Shown: positions 36,582 to 46,795, counted from the first letter of the stretch. The stretch is 64,000 nucleotides of DNA from Chloroflexota bacterium (GCA_027622595.1 JAQBZZ010000005.1:82-64081); one strand, 5' to 3'. The notes: a model not told the origin generated them from the letters alone. Numbers and translations are program-made.

Positions 36582-37166
36582 ATGACTGAAAAGACAACGG
36601 CGGTAACAGCGGATAGGTTCAAGCAAGGGTTTACGTACCCGGATTTCATAGCACAGATCAACGTCAACCAGGACCGTTTTGCGCAGTACGATGGCACGGC
36701 CAAGGACGCCCTCACCGACGAGGACAGCGCCTTTTTCAAGGCGGCGGTCGAAAAGGGTTGCAAGGTCATGGTATTGGGTGAGGACTGGTGTCCTGACGTC
36801 TACCGCGGCATGCCTGTTGTGGCGCGTATTGCCGAGGTTTCTGGAATGGAGATGCGTGTGTTCCCAAGGGACTTGAATCTGGACATTGCGGACGAGTTTC
36901 TCAATAGGGGCGAGTTCCGGTCGATACCGACTGTGGTGTTCTACATCGCCGACCAGGAGTTCCTGGGTACATGGATCGAGCGGCCCGCGCTGGCACATAA
37001 AGAAATGGCCGAGATAACCAAGGCCCTGGAGACTGAAATGGCCGGCCAGGATGAGCAGGCCGTTCGTGAGGCGCGCAGGGAGCGGGTCAATGCACGCTTT
37101 CCAGCATGGCAGAAGGACACTGTCCGCGAAATGCGGGAGCTGCTGGGGCAGAAGCTGGGTATATAG
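36582..37166 (+). CDS. thioredoxin-fold protein with monothiol WCPD motif
   Basis: 194 aa. VLGEDWCPDV and SIPT cis-Pro loop. Helical extensions. Confidence 0.65.
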   Translation: MTEKTTAVTADRFKQGFTYPDFIAQINVNQDRFAQYDGTAKDALTDEDSAFFKAAVEKGCKVMVLGEDWCPDVYRGMPVVARIAEVSGMEMRVFPRDLNLDIADEFLNRGEFRSIPTVVFYIADQEFLGTWIERPALAHKEMAEITKALETEMAGQDEQAVREARRERVNARFPAWQKDTVREMRELLGQKLGI

Positions 37167-37207
37167 CAATTCACCGGGCAATGGTTTAGTTGCCACCAGG
37201 TTAAGAC

Positions 37208-37245
37208 AGAACGGGGCTGATGCAGAATGGTATCGGCCCCGTTCT
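37208..37245 (+). terminator. hairpin terminator after the thioredoxin-like gene
   Basis: AGAACGGGGC ... GCCCCGTTCT, a 10-bp stem extendable into the loop, followed by a T-rich tail. Confidence 0.6.
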
Positions 37246-37868
37246 TCACTTAACCGGCTTTTTCGCTGATCTTGGGGGTTCGTACCGCGCGACGTGGACT
37301 CGTCTCCGGTATCAGCAGTCCACCTATGAGCAGCGTCAGCGGAAACGCAACTATACCCAACAGCCCTACTATGAAAATAGACGTTTGGACGGCCGATGAT
37401 GTGCCCTAATCACTAAGAGTCTACTATGCGTGCTCACCGACATCTCGGTGGCGACAGACGGTGGTTCCTGCGGACACATGAGTCTTACTTTCGCTCGGGC
37501 TCTAAGCACCAGGCTAGGTCGACCTCTTCGAGTATCGGCCGTCCGTGCCAGAGGTTAGCATACTCGCACCGGATTTTCATCCGTGGTGGTGCCAGAATCC
37601 TGGCATGACAACTTTCGACAAACAACTGGGTTTTGATATCTCAATGAAAACAGAGAGTAATCTAGCCTTCAGTGAGTTTGCGACTGGATATGCTCCTCTA
37701 CATGGCTGGCAGTATGATACAAGTACATGCCACAGGCCAGACGGCATTGGGTGATAGGATATAAGTGCGCGGTGAGATAGTTGACAAGCCTTTGTAATTG
37801 AGACTAGGATGACTCTCGTTGTTCCCTGAATCTGCGTGTTTCCACGTGAGGAATTTTAGCTAATAAAC

Positions 37869-39161
37869 ATGCCTGACGAAACTACAGCCGCTCCCCAAAA
37901 GGCCAAAAAGCCAAGATTCTATTACGGCTGGGTCATAGTCGTTGTCATAAGTCTGGGCGGGTTCACCCAAAGCGCTGAGTCCTATCCGATCCTGGGCGTG
38001 TTCCTGAAGCCCATGACCGAAGAGTTCGGGTGGTCACGCACTGTCTTCTCTGGTGCAACGCTTATGGGCACCCTTGTCGGTGGCGTTGTGGCAATGGTCG
38101 TTGGGCCGATGCTCGACCGTCTCGGCGCGAGGTGGACTCTCACCGTCGCGTTCGCAATCCTCGGAAGCACGCTAATCCTGATGGCGTTTATCAATGCGTT
38201 GTGGCAGTTCTACATGCTGCAGGTCATAGGTCGCGCCCTGACCATGGGCGTCCTTGCCCTTGCGCTTGGCGTTGTTGTCCCCAAATGGTTCATTGCAAAG
38301 CGAGGGCGCGCCGTGGCACTCGGTGGCCTTGGACAGAGGATAGGCAACGCCGTTACGCCCCTGTACGTGCAGCTCCTGGTATCCCAGGGCAGCTGGCGGC
38401 TGGCGACGGCTGTCGCCGGCCTGCTGATGTGGACCGTCTCGATGATTCCGGTTGCGATTTTTATGCGGCGCAAGCCGGAGGACATGGGTCTGCTTCCAGA
38501 CGGGGTCGACCCTGAGGAAGCACAACGTCTTGAGGATTGGTACAACTCGCGCCCGGAGCAGAGGCCCAAGCAAGAAGTTTCCATGACCAGGGAACAGGCG
38601 CTGAGACATCCGTCCTTTTATCTGCTCGTGGTCGCCTTCTCTCTGGTGTTTGTGGCAGCCCCGGCCTTGAACTTCCACATGATTCCCTACATGACCGATA
38701 AGGGGATTTCCGACGGCTATGCGGTTGCGGCGGCGGCACTGCTTTCCATCTGCGCCGGCATAGGGTCGCTGGTCACTGGATTCCTGTCGGAGCGCATCAC
38801 CGCCCGCCGTACCTTGGTCGGCATCCTGGTGATGATGAGTATCGGCTACTTCGGCTTGCTGACCGTGAATGTGGCGTGGCAGGCCATTGTATGGGGCATC
38901 TACTACGGCCTTTCCTTCGGCGGCATGTTCATACTGCAACAGGTGATCTTCGCCGACTTCTACGGGCGGGATAACGTGGGAGCCATCAGGGGAATTGTGT
39001 GGCCTGTCCAGATGGTCTTTAATGCCTCAGGGCCGTTTGTTGCTTCTATTGCCTTTGATCTCCTTGACAGCTACACGCTGATATTCACGATCTTTGCAAG
39101 CCTGGTGATGGTTGCTGGCGTGCTGATGTTCCTGGCAAAACCGCCCGTAAAGCAGACCTAG
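37869..39161 (+). CDS. MFS transporter (oxalate/formate antiporter-like)
   Basis: 430 aa. FYYGWVIVVV N-terminus, 12 TM segments, central loop. Confidence 0.85.
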   Translation: MPDETTAAPQKAKKPRFYYGWVIVVVISLGGFTQSAESYPILGVFLKPMTEEFGWSRTVFSGATLMGTLVGGVVAMVVGPMLDRLGARWTLTVAFAILGSTLILMAFINALWQFYMLQVIGRALTMGVLALALGVVVPKWFIAKRGRAVALGGLGQRIGNAVTPLYVQLLVSQGSWRLATAVAGLLMWTVSMIPVAIFMRRKPEDMGLLPDGVDPEEAQRLEDWYNSRPEQRPKQEVSMTREQALRHPSFYLLVVAFSLVFVAAPALNFHMIPYMTDKGISDGYAVAAAALLSICAGIGSLVTGFLSERITARRTLVGILVMMSIGYFGLLTVNVAWQAIVWGIYYGLSFGGMFILQQVIFADFYGRDNVGAIRGIVWPVQMVFNASGPFVASIAFDLLDSYTLIFTIFASLVMVAGVLMFLAKPPVKQT

Positions 39162-39196
39162 GAAGGCTCCTGGCGGCTACCCTGGTTTTCGAAAAA

Positions 39197-40426
39197 TTAT
39201 CTGCGGTGCTCACGTATCAGTGGCAGAGTCAAGACCAGCACCGCCGAAATTACGGCCAGGAACAGCACTCCCCATGTCAGCGAGTCCGTAGCATCGCGGA
39301 GAATGCCCAAAAGGAACGGCCCTCCGAACCCCCCTATTTCCGCCGCAGCAAAGAAAAGTCCGCCGGCCGCGCCCATGCGCAGCGCACCGACACCGGGCGT
39401 CTCCATCAATATCAGGGTCAGAATTGGCATCATCGGAACCCTTACGATGCTTGATAGAATCAAGACGCCTATCAACGATGTGTCGTTCAGCGTGGCCAGC
39501 CCCACCGTTGTACCCGAAGCCAGCAGGAGCAGGACGGCTATAGTCACGGCCCGATAGCCGTTTCGCGCCAATGCCGGAATGACGAGCAGCCCGAAGGCCC
39601 CGGCCAACGTGGAAGCCGCGGTCCAGAAACCGGCCTGCGACATGGTCATGTCTCTCTCCTGGAGCAGTGTGGGAAGCCAGTTATTGAGTCCGTGGTTCAG
39701 CAGGAACGTCGCCACCGCGAGAACGACTATGATCTGGACGTTCCGAATGCGCAGCAAGATGCGGAGCATCTTCATCAGAGACACGGACTCGCTGTCTGTT
39801 TGCCCGACAGCCCCAGGCTGGGATTGCACGTCTCGCGCGAATATCCACCACATCAACATGATTACCAGTACCACGGCTCCGTATACAAGTGAGATGCCGC
39901 GCCACGTCCCCGTCAGGGGCATCACCACGCTGGCGGCAGTGGCCAGTGCGATGGCCATTCCCGTCACAGGGCCCGTCGTGTATATGCCTGCGGCAAGGCC
40001 TCTTTCGTTCCCCTCAAACCATAGCGATACCACCTTTGGCGCTCCTATGGAGATGATTGGCCCGCCAACGCCGAACAGTGCCACCGCCAGGAAGAGCGTT
40101 GGGAAGTCGCCGGCCACTCCCCTCAACACCAGCGACAACCACACCACGAAGACACCGATGCCAAGTGACCGTCGCACCCCCAGACGGTCTATCAGAGTGC
40201 CGAGGGGATACGCGGTCACGATGTAGACCAGTTGCCAGGCCCCAAGCACCAGCCCCATCTGGCTGTATGTCATATCCAGGTCATCAACTATGGGGCCGAC
40301 CAGCGGCGCGATGGTCCCTGAGGTGATTCCGAAGGAGGCGTAGAGCAGCCACACCAGGCCCAGCATCAGCCAACGCAACGGGCTTTTGCTGGGGACAAAG
40401 GCGGAGGAGTCCTCTGGTGTGGTCAT
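39197..40426 (-). CDS. MFS transporter
   Basis: 409 aa, 12 TM segments. Confidence 0.85.
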   Translation of the reverse strand: MTTPEDSSAFVPSKSPLRWLMLGLVWLLYASFGITSGTIAPLVGPIVDDLDMTYSQMGLVLGAWQLVYIVTAYPLGTLIDRLGVRRSLGIGVFVVWLSLVLRGVAGDFPTLFLAVALFGVGGPIISIGAPKVVSLWFEGNERGLAAGIYTTGPVTGMAIALATAASVVMPLTGTWRGISLVYGAVVLVIMLMWWIFARDVQSQPGAVGQTDSESVSLMKMLRILLRIRNVQIIVVLAVATFLLNHGLNNWLPTLLQERDMTMSQAGFWTAASTLAGAFGLLVIPALARNGYRAVTIAVLLLLASGTTVGLATLNDTSLIGVLILSSIVRVPMMPILTLILMETPGVGALRMGAAGGLFFAAAEIGGFGGPFLLGILRDATDSLTWGVLFLAVISAVLVLTLPLIREHRR

Positions 40427-40605
40427 AGTCGAATTTGGGTCATGCGGGTACGTGGAGCGGTTCGATAGTCTTCTCGAGATATATTCCTTATTTAAGATTC
40501 AAGAGCGGTATTGCCACGACCAGTGGGCATGGGTGATACTGGTACATTGGAGATGGGACATGCTCATCTCTTCAGAAACAGGTACACACACTTTGGAGGT
40601 GTCTG

Positions 40606-40884
40606 ATGACAGTCCGGCTGATTGTAAACATGGAGGCAGCGGTAGGCAAGCGGGAGGAACTGGCAGCTGAGATGACTTCTCGTTGCGCCGGCGTGCGGGA
40701 GGAGCCGGGTTGTCTGCAATACGAACTATTGCAGAGTACCGAGAGGCCAGACCACTTTGTGCTGATGGAGAAATGGTCTGACCAGGATGCCCTGACCGTC
40801 CACAGCCAGCGCCCCAGGGAAGGCCGTGTGGATATGACTCCGTTGCGCGCGGGTCCTTCAGTGGTGGAGCGGTACACGGAATAG
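40606..40884 (+). CDS. ABM-domain (antibiotic biosynthesis monooxygenase-like) protein
   Basis: 92 aa. EPGCLQYELLQS..DHFVLMEKWSDQDALTVH. Confidence 0.8.
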   Translation: MTVRLIVNMEAAVGKREELAAEMTSRCAGVREEPGCLQYELLQSTERPDHFVLMEKWSDQDALTVHSQRPREGRVDMTPLRAGPSVVERYTE

Positions 40885-40927
40885 TTTTTTGTAATACCAC
40901 GGCCTTAACACGATGGGAGGAATTAAC

Positions 40928-41293
40928 GTGAGTAACAAATACAATTCACTCACTCCAGAAGAGAGCTTTGTCATAGAAGGTAAGGGCACTGAAAGGCCCT
41001 TTTCCGGGGAGTACGACGACTTTTACGAGACCGGTACATATATCTGCCGACGGTGCAATGCCGAACTCTATAGGTCGGCTGACAAATTCGATGCCCTTTG
41101 CGGCTGGCCGGCCTTCGATGATGAGATACCGGGAGCCGTGAGGCGCTTACCAGACCCCGACGGCATGCGAATCGAGATCGAGTGCATCAACTGCGGCGGC
41201 CACCTTGGTCACGTATTTCTGGGAGAGTACCTTACCGAGAAGAACACCCGTCACTGTGTGAACTCCCTCTCGATCAAGTTCGTGGCAGACTAG
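40928..41293 (+). CDS. msrB: peptide-methionine (R)-S-oxide reductase
   Basis: CRRC and CINC zinc site, GWPAF, HLGHVF, catalytic RHCVNS. The GGGAGGA SD favours GTG 40928 over ATG 40913. Confidence 0.92.
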   Translation: MSNKYNSLTPEESFVIEGKGTERPFSGEYDDFYETGTYICRRCNAELYRSADKFDALCGWPAFDDEIPGAVRRLPDPDGMRIEIECINCGGHLGHVFLGEYLTEKNTRHCVNSLSIKFVAD

Positions 41294-41314
41294 AAGGGAT
41301 AGGGGACACCGGCA

Positions 41315-42262
41315 TCAGGCTACTAGGTTTCCGGGCGTGCCCTTCTGCCAGTCACGGATATTCTGTATGGCTATTGCGAGACCCGCTCGATTGGCCTCTG
41401 GCGTGTTGGCGGCGTTGTGAGGTGCCAGCACTACATTATCAAGGTTCTTGAGAGGATGGCCAGGGGGCAATGGCTCCGTTGCAAAGACATCGAGTCCCGC
41501 CCCTCCAATGCGACCATTTTGCAGCGCATCCACCAAGGCGTCCTCGTTCACAACCGCCCCACGGCCAACGTTCACCAGTATTGCCGACGGCTTCATGAGT
41601 CCCAGTTGCTGTGGTCCGATGAGGTTTTCACTCAAGGGACTCAAGGGCAACTGAAGCGATACCACGTCGACACTGGACAACAGCTCCTCCAGGGATACAA
41701 AGGCCACCTGGTAGTCACGGGCCCGCTGGAGAGAGGGGTTCAGCGTCCAGGCCACGACCTCCATTCCCAGGCTCTTTCCAAGTACTATCACACGTTGCCC
41801 AATTGGGCCTGTCCCAATGACCCCAAGAATCTTCCCATGCAGTTGGCCGACGACCTCCTGGGGCCATTCTCCATTCCTGACGGCTCGATCGAACCGGGGT
41901 ATCCTGTGCGCCACTGCCAGGGCCAGAGCGATGGCCTTCTCCGCTACAATCGCTGCTGAATACGCCGGTGTGTTTGTCACGGTGATACCACGCTTGCGAC
42001 AGGCATCCAAGTCAACATGGTTGACGCCGATGCCGAAGGATGCGATGTGCTTTAGCTGTGGGCATTCCCCTAGTACCGCCTCGGTGAAATTGCTTGAGGC
42101 GATTGTCAGGGCTACGTCGGCTCCGGCCAATCTCTCCACCAATAGGCTTTCGGTGTCAGCCGGAGAGTCGTACACTCGCAACTTCCCCAACTCTCTGAGT
42201 TCCTGCTCCAGATTTGAGTCTGCAACAATACCTGGGATGTCGTCCGGGACTACGATAATCAT
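41315..42262 (-). CDS. D-isomer-specific 2-hydroxyacid dehydrogenase
   Basis: 315 aa. NAD motif GVIGTGPIGQ and family layout. Confidence 0.88.
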   Translation of the reverse strand: MIIVVPDDIPGIVADSNLEQELRELGKLRVYDSPADTESLLVERLAGADVALTIASSNFTEAVLGECPQLKHIASFGIGVNHVDLDACRKRGITVTNTPAYSAAIVAEKAIALALAVAHRIPRFDRAVRNGEWPQEVVGQLHGKILGVIGTGPIGQRVIVLGKSLGMEVVAWTLNPSLQRARDYQVAFVSLEELLSSVDVVSLQLPLSPLSENLIGPQQLGLMKPSAILVNVGRGAVVNEDALVDALQNGRIGGAGLDVFATEPLPPGHPLKNLDNVVLAPHNAANTPEANRAGLAIAIQNIRDWQKGTPGNLVA

Positions 42263-42366
42263 GCACCCACCTTTTGTGTTTTTGTCATTTTTAAAATAAT
42301 TGATTCATATTCTATTTGCTGATTATACCCTTATGCAGATACATCAGGTGATGGTATGGCTCTAAT

Positions 42367-42468
42367 GTCATTCTGAGTCCTTCTGAGAAGGGCGAGGAAT
42401 CTAAAGCCTTCGTCTGGACATGGCATATCGCCTTAGATTCTTCGGTCGCTGTGCTCCCTCAGAATGAC
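42367..42468. repeat. family-A palindromic MITE/REP-like element
   Basis: GTCATTCTGAG..GGCGAGGAATCTAA ... TTAGATTCTTCGG..CCTCAGAATGAC. Confidence 0.8.
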
Positions 42469-42730
42469 ACGGGTTTTACCACCTACCATCTGAAAATCCC
42501 ACTCGACTACGGCATGTTCGCGGGCTAGAATAGGGCTGCGTGCAAAACCTGTTAATTGGGGGCAAATGGCATGGTCCACCGTTGGAGCGTGTACTGTGGC
42601 ACAGGGAGATATTGAGGGCGTAGGCTTTTCGAAAACTGATATGGAGGTCTGGAGAGAAGGCCAGGACTCTTGATACTTCCGTAGGAGAGGGCTCTGCGGC
42701 ATAGGAAGATTTTGAAGGCGTAGAGCTGTT

Positions 42731-42832
42731 GTCATTCCGAGGAGCGGAGCGGCGAGGAATCTTAGACAGATGCCTTTAACAAGAATAGTAGGCCCTAGAT
42801 TCCTCACTTCGCTGTACTGTGTTCGGAATGAC
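42731..42832. repeat. family-A palindromic MITE/REP-like element
   Basis: GTCATTCCGAGGAGCGGAGCGGCGAGGAATCTTAG ... CTAGATTCCTCACTTCGCTG..GTTCGGAATGAC. Confidence 0.8.
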
Positions 42833-42941
42833 ATTATGTAAACTTATGTTCATCGCTGAATTCAATGACGTGCGGGCGAATGCAGCCATCGCTGAGAGGA
42901 GCGGAATTGTCTCGAATGAGCTTTCGGATAGGAGGTAAGAG

Positions 42942-43934
42942 ATGAAAACATTAGTTATGGGTGGCACAAGGTTCAATGGCCTGCATCTGGTGCAGGAACT
43001 GGTGCGTTACGGACACAACGTCACCATACTCAACAGGGGTGTCACCGAGGCCCAGGTGCCGAAGGAGGTGCGACGCCTCTATGCCGATAGGAAAGACCCA
43101 AAGCAGTTGAAAGAGGTGCTTGGACCTGAGGAGTTCGACGTCGTCTTCGATATCAGCGCCTACGTGCTGGAGGACGTGCAGAGCATGGTGGACATCATCG
43201 AGGGGCGGACGGGCCACTACATCTTCGCCAGTTCCACCGTTGTCTACGCTGCCACCAACATCCTTCCCATCAACGAGGGCTTCCCCGTGGACAGCACCTC
43301 CCGCCAGTCCGACTACGGCCGCAACAAGCTCATCTGTGAGGATTTCCTGACGAAGGCATACAGGCAGCGCCACTTTCCCTTCACGGCGGCCCGTTTCTCC
43401 ATGGTCTTCGGGCCGGATAACGGGATTCTTGACCGCGAGCAGAGGATGTTCGTCCGCCTATTAAACGGTCGTAAGATACTGATCCCTGGCCGTGGCACGA
43501 CATTGAGCCAGATTGGGCATGTGGATGACGAAGCCAGGGCTCTGCGAATGATGGCCCTCAACCCAAGGACATACGGCGAGATCTACAACGTCACAGGCAG
43601 GGACTACTTCAGCGACGAGGGTTATGTGGACACCTGCGCAAGGGCTGTTGGTGTGGAGCCACAGAAGGTCTTCGTACCGGCTGAGATCATGGACGAGGCA
43701 TTACCCGAGCCGCGGCGACCATTGATTCAGCGGCTGGCCCCGTACATCCACCGCTGGGATGAGAGCACCGTCTTCGGCATGGCGAAGCTGCGTGAGCACC
43801 TGGGATACGAACCCTTCTACACCTTTGAGACCGCGACGCAACAGACCTATGAGTGGTTTATATCCAAAGGCCTGGACAAGCAACGTGAGTACGACTTCTC
43901 CGAAGAGGACGCCCTTATAAGCCGTATTGGCTGA
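42942..43934 (+). CDS. NAD-dependent epimerase/dehydratase (extended SDR)
   Basis: 330 aa. N-terminal Rossmann VMGGTRFNG, YGRNK active-site context. Confidence 0.85.
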   Translation: MKTLVMGGTRFNGLHLVQELVRYGHNVTILNRGVTEAQVPKEVRRLYADRKDPKQLKEVLGPEEFDVVFDISAYVLEDVQSMVDIIEGRTGHYIFASSTVVYAATNILPINEGFPVDSTSRQSDYGRNKLICEDFLTKAYRQRHFPFTAARFSMVFGPDNGILDREQRMFVRLLNGRKILIPGRGTTLSQIGHVDDEARALRMMALNPRTYGEIYNVTGRDYFSDEGYVDTCARAVGVEPQKVFVPAEIMDEALPEPRRPLIQRLAPYIHRWDESTVFGMAKLREHLGYEPFYTFETATQQTYEWFISKGLDKQREYDFSEEDALISRIG

Positions 43935-43948
43935 TTGCCACAGCTCAA

Positions 43949-44206
43949 TTAGTCGCGGGCCTGCTCGAAACCGTGGATGGTGGCCTCCCAGTTGGAGGTG
44001 TCCAGGATAGCGTAGGTGCGTATGGTGGACTTCTTGGGGTCTCTGGGTTGTCCAAGCGAACCTGGATTGACCAGGAGTGTGTTGCCAACCCATGTGATCA
44101 TTGGCCTATGGGTATGTCCCACGATGAGCACGTCAGCCTTGGCCTCCGGGAGTTGATCGTTTGGTATCTTCGCCATTCGGTATGGCATTACCGACGTTAC
44201 TCCCAA
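43949..44206 (-). pseudogene. C-terminal half of a YfcE/MJ0936-type metallophosphoesterase
   Basis: The 85-aa ORF carries only the late motifs (VGHTH, NPGSLGQPRD). The N-terminal DxH/GD/GNxD motifs are absent. Confidence 0.6.
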
Positions 44207-44497
44207 CCGGTGGGTCTGATATGGCCTATGAGGTGGCTGATACTTGAGGAGTTTCTGTCGCGTCGATGACCGTGGGTTCTACCGAGCCCTGGTTACATGC
44301 GAGTCCCAGGTTCAGTAGGAGCGATATTCCCCAGACAACTTTTCGAACGGTCATTCAGCGCTCCTTACGGCTCTTGAATTCAACGGTTTTAATTAAGTAT
44401 ATCCTCTAAATAATCGGCGCTGTTATATCCACCGATTTATTGTAAGTATTGTAACAATTGCAGATGACTCACGACCCCCTGGGGGTTCCAAATAACA

Positions 44498-44539
44498 AAC
44501 ACCCCTTCGCTGGTTCTTCTGAACCAGCGAAGGGGTGTT
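44498..44539 (-). terminator. intrinsic terminator of the DUF35-thiolase operon
   Basis: Perfect 19-bp stem AACACCCCTTCGCTGGTTC / GAACCAGCGAAGGGGTGTT with a 4-nt loop. On the minus strand it is followed by TTGTTATTT. Lies 31 nt past the thiolase stop. Confidence 0.7.
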
Positions 44540-44569
44540 GCACAATTAGATCGAGTGCTTCCCTTGTTT

Positions 44570-45892
44570 CTAGTCGGGTGTGGCGCTCCATACGGTGAAG
44601 TTGCCGCCCATTGGCATGGGGCCTCCGGAGACACCGATCTCAGGCTTGACTCCGGTCACGGCTCTTGCGCCTGCGCGCCCCTGAAGCTGCTGGATGCAGT
44701 CGGTGTGCATCCAGAAACGGCTGCGGCCGCTGCCGACGTTGCCGCCACTGGGTGAAATGGGGTTTGGCCCCTCTGGGCTGATATCCGTCTGGTAGAAGTC
44801 CAGCGCCTCGCCGAACTTGATGCCGCGGAATCCAAGGCCCTCCAGGTGGAACTGGTGGAACAGGGCAAAGCCGTCGTACATGTTCTCAAAGGAGATGTCG
44901 TCTGCGGTGATGCCTGCGCCCTCCAGGAGCTTCCTGCCCGTGCGGGCGGTCTCTTCCTGAATTTCATCCAGGGTTGGAGTGAGGCTCCTTGCCCTGCCTC
45001 TACTGGATGCATGGTTGAGGATGTAGACGGCCTTCTGCTTCATGTCCTTGGCCAACTCAGAAGTCGTGAAGAGGTAGGCTCCGGCCACCATTATCGGTAT
45101 GTCGTTGTCGTAGAGGTTTGCCGGTTTGGCTACCCACCGGGCGTTCACGTAGTCCTCGCGTGTCATCTCCTCGGGACGGTGCTGGTACCAGAACCCCTCG
45201 GGGAAATTGAGGCCATTCTTTTTCCACTGGATCATCGCCGGGGCCATCATATCGTGGGTCTTGCCGTACTTTCGGCAGTACTCGGCGAACTGAAGGGCGG
45301 TCCCGTACGATGCCGGGGTGCCCCACAGGCCGCTAATCGCCCGTGTACCAGGGATAGTGTCCTGAGCGTTCTCTCCTCCCTGGTAGTACCGGCCCGAATA
45401 GTTGTGCCACCCCTTGAGCACCAGGCAGTTGCTTGTCAGGCCGTCACCAACGGCCTGAGCGGCAACGACTACGGCATTGGACATGCATCCAGGGCCATAC
45501 ATCGTGAACTTGACGTTCTTCAGTTCCGGCATGTTCTTGATGATCCATTCGGGGCTCAGCTTCGCTATACCGTCCAATGGGTCATCTGTGGGATTGAAGT
45601 GGTTGATGACGTCCTGGGGTAGGGGGTCGCCTGCAGGCCAGGGAGCCCCTGTGGTGGTGGTTGCATCCATTACCAGACCGTCGATCTGGTCCGGCGAGAC
45701 TCCTGCATCGTCGATGGCTTTTCGGAGCGCGTCGATGGCTAAAGCGCCGACGGTAGTCTCAGGCTTTCCGTCCCAGCGTCGGGCGGTCGGGGAGTGCCCC
45801 ACGCCGACGGCTGCCACTTTGCCTCTGTGCTCCCAAACACCCAGCTTCTCTCTGGTCCTGTACATGGAATCTGGAGCATTCTGTGTTGTCAT
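44570..45892 (-). CDS. thiolase-like protein (SCP-x / archaeal-type thiolase family)
   Basis: 440 aa. Thiolase-like fold, and classic pairing with an upstream DUF35 gene. Confidence 0.8.
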   Translation of the reverse strand: MTTQNAPDSMYRTREKLGVWEHRGKVAAVGVGHSPTARRWDGKPETTVGALAIDALRKAIDDAGVSPDQIDGLVMDATTTTGAPWPAGDPLPQDVINHFNPTDDPLDGIAKLSPEWIIKNMPELKNVKFTMYGPGCMSNAVVVAAQAVGDGLTSNCLVLKGWHNYSGRYYQGGENAQDTIPGTRAISGLWGTPASYGTALQFAEYCRKYGKTHDMMAPAMIQWKKNGLNFPEGFWYQHRPEEMTREDYVNARWVAKPANLYDNDIPIMVAGAYLFTTSELAKDMKQKAVYILNHASSRGRARSLTPTLDEIQEETARTGRKLLEGAGITADDISFENMYDGFALFHQFHLEGLGFRGIKFGEALDFYQTDISPEGPNPISPSGGNVGSGRSRFWMHTDCIQQLQGRAGARAVTGVKPEIGVSGGPMPMGGNFTVWSATPD

Positions 45893-45941
45893 TGTTCACG
45901 CCTTTCTGTGAGTTTCTTTCCCTCACGTAAACACATGAGAG

Positions 45942-46352
45942 CTATCCTACGACCCGCCACTCTGGGACCTTCTGGCCGTTTGGGGTCGCCTCGAACACCA
46001 CCTCTACGGCGGCTCCCACCGGGACCTTGTCCACGGGAGTACCTGTCAGGTGGGAATACATCTGGATACCCTGATCCTCATCCAGCATGACCACAGCGAC
46101 GTTGAACGGCTGATTATCCTGGAGCAGTCTGATGGGGCAGTCGTAGACCACGCCGTAGTTGTATATCTTGCCACGTCCGCTCATCTGCTTCCACTCCAGG
46201 TTGGCCCCTGAGGCGCACTGGTCGCACGCCGGCCTGGGAGGATGGATGAGCCTGTTGCAAGCGGTGCAGTGCTGGATGACCAACCGCTCATCGTTGGCGG
46301 CGTCCCAAAAGGGCTTGCTCAATTCATCGGGTACCGGGGATTGTTTGGACAA
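45942..46352 (-). CDS. DUF35 zinc-ribbon + OB-fold protein
   Basis: 136 aa. TTG start with GGAGGTGA SD. CTAC...CDQC ribbon followed by an OB fold. Confidence 0.85.
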   Translation of the reverse strand: MSKQSPVPDELSKPFWDAANDERLVIQHCTACNRLIHPPRPACDQCASGANLEWKQMSGRGKIYNYGVVYDCPIRLLQDNQPFNVAVVMLDEDQGIQMYSHLTGTPVDKVPVGAAVEVVFEATPNGQKVPEWRVVG

Positions 46353-46387
46353 ACTTCACCTCCGATTCAGATTTGAAGGCCGCGGAA

Positions 46388-46416
46388 ATCATAGGTTAAC
46401 ACCGTATGATAGTCAA
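46388..46416 (-). promoter_or_regulatory. sigma-70-type promoter of the DUF35-thiolase operon
   Basis: Minus strand TTGACT-17-TATGAT, about 30 nt upstream of the TTG start. Confidence 0.5.
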
Positions 46417-46795
46417 ACTGCACTTCGTAGCATCCCGTGTCTGCCTGGTCACGTTATTTACGATGCATACGCTCCCCGGCTATACTCTGAAGCTGCACAT
46501 ATGATACTGAGACGATTTCCTGTATGGTGCTGGAGAGCTGAGATGGTCTTTCACCCTCTATTTTTCGGTTTCCCATTCAGCGCTCATTTGGCATTTCCAT
46601 GTTACTGCCGGATTTGACAGCTGTGGCCGCCCCGGAGCAGCGCGACTGGTGGCAATGACCAGGAAAACATGGCATCATGTATCTATCTATCTGATTTGAG
46701 GTGGGATAGGTATATGAAAATGCCGAAGTGGTTTTATTATAACCTCCTCGCTGGATGGCGCACGAGGGGCGAAGAAAGATTAGGGATAGTAGTAA

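Noticed and set aside
37250-37760. Short ORFs 37426..37608 and 37545..37754, and a possible 36-aa hydrophobic minus-strand peptide near 37260-37370
   Set aside because: None has a recognisable SD or an ATG/GTG start in a good context. The hydrophobic frame only has an internal TTG. This is insufficient evidence to call genes in this 700-bp spacer.
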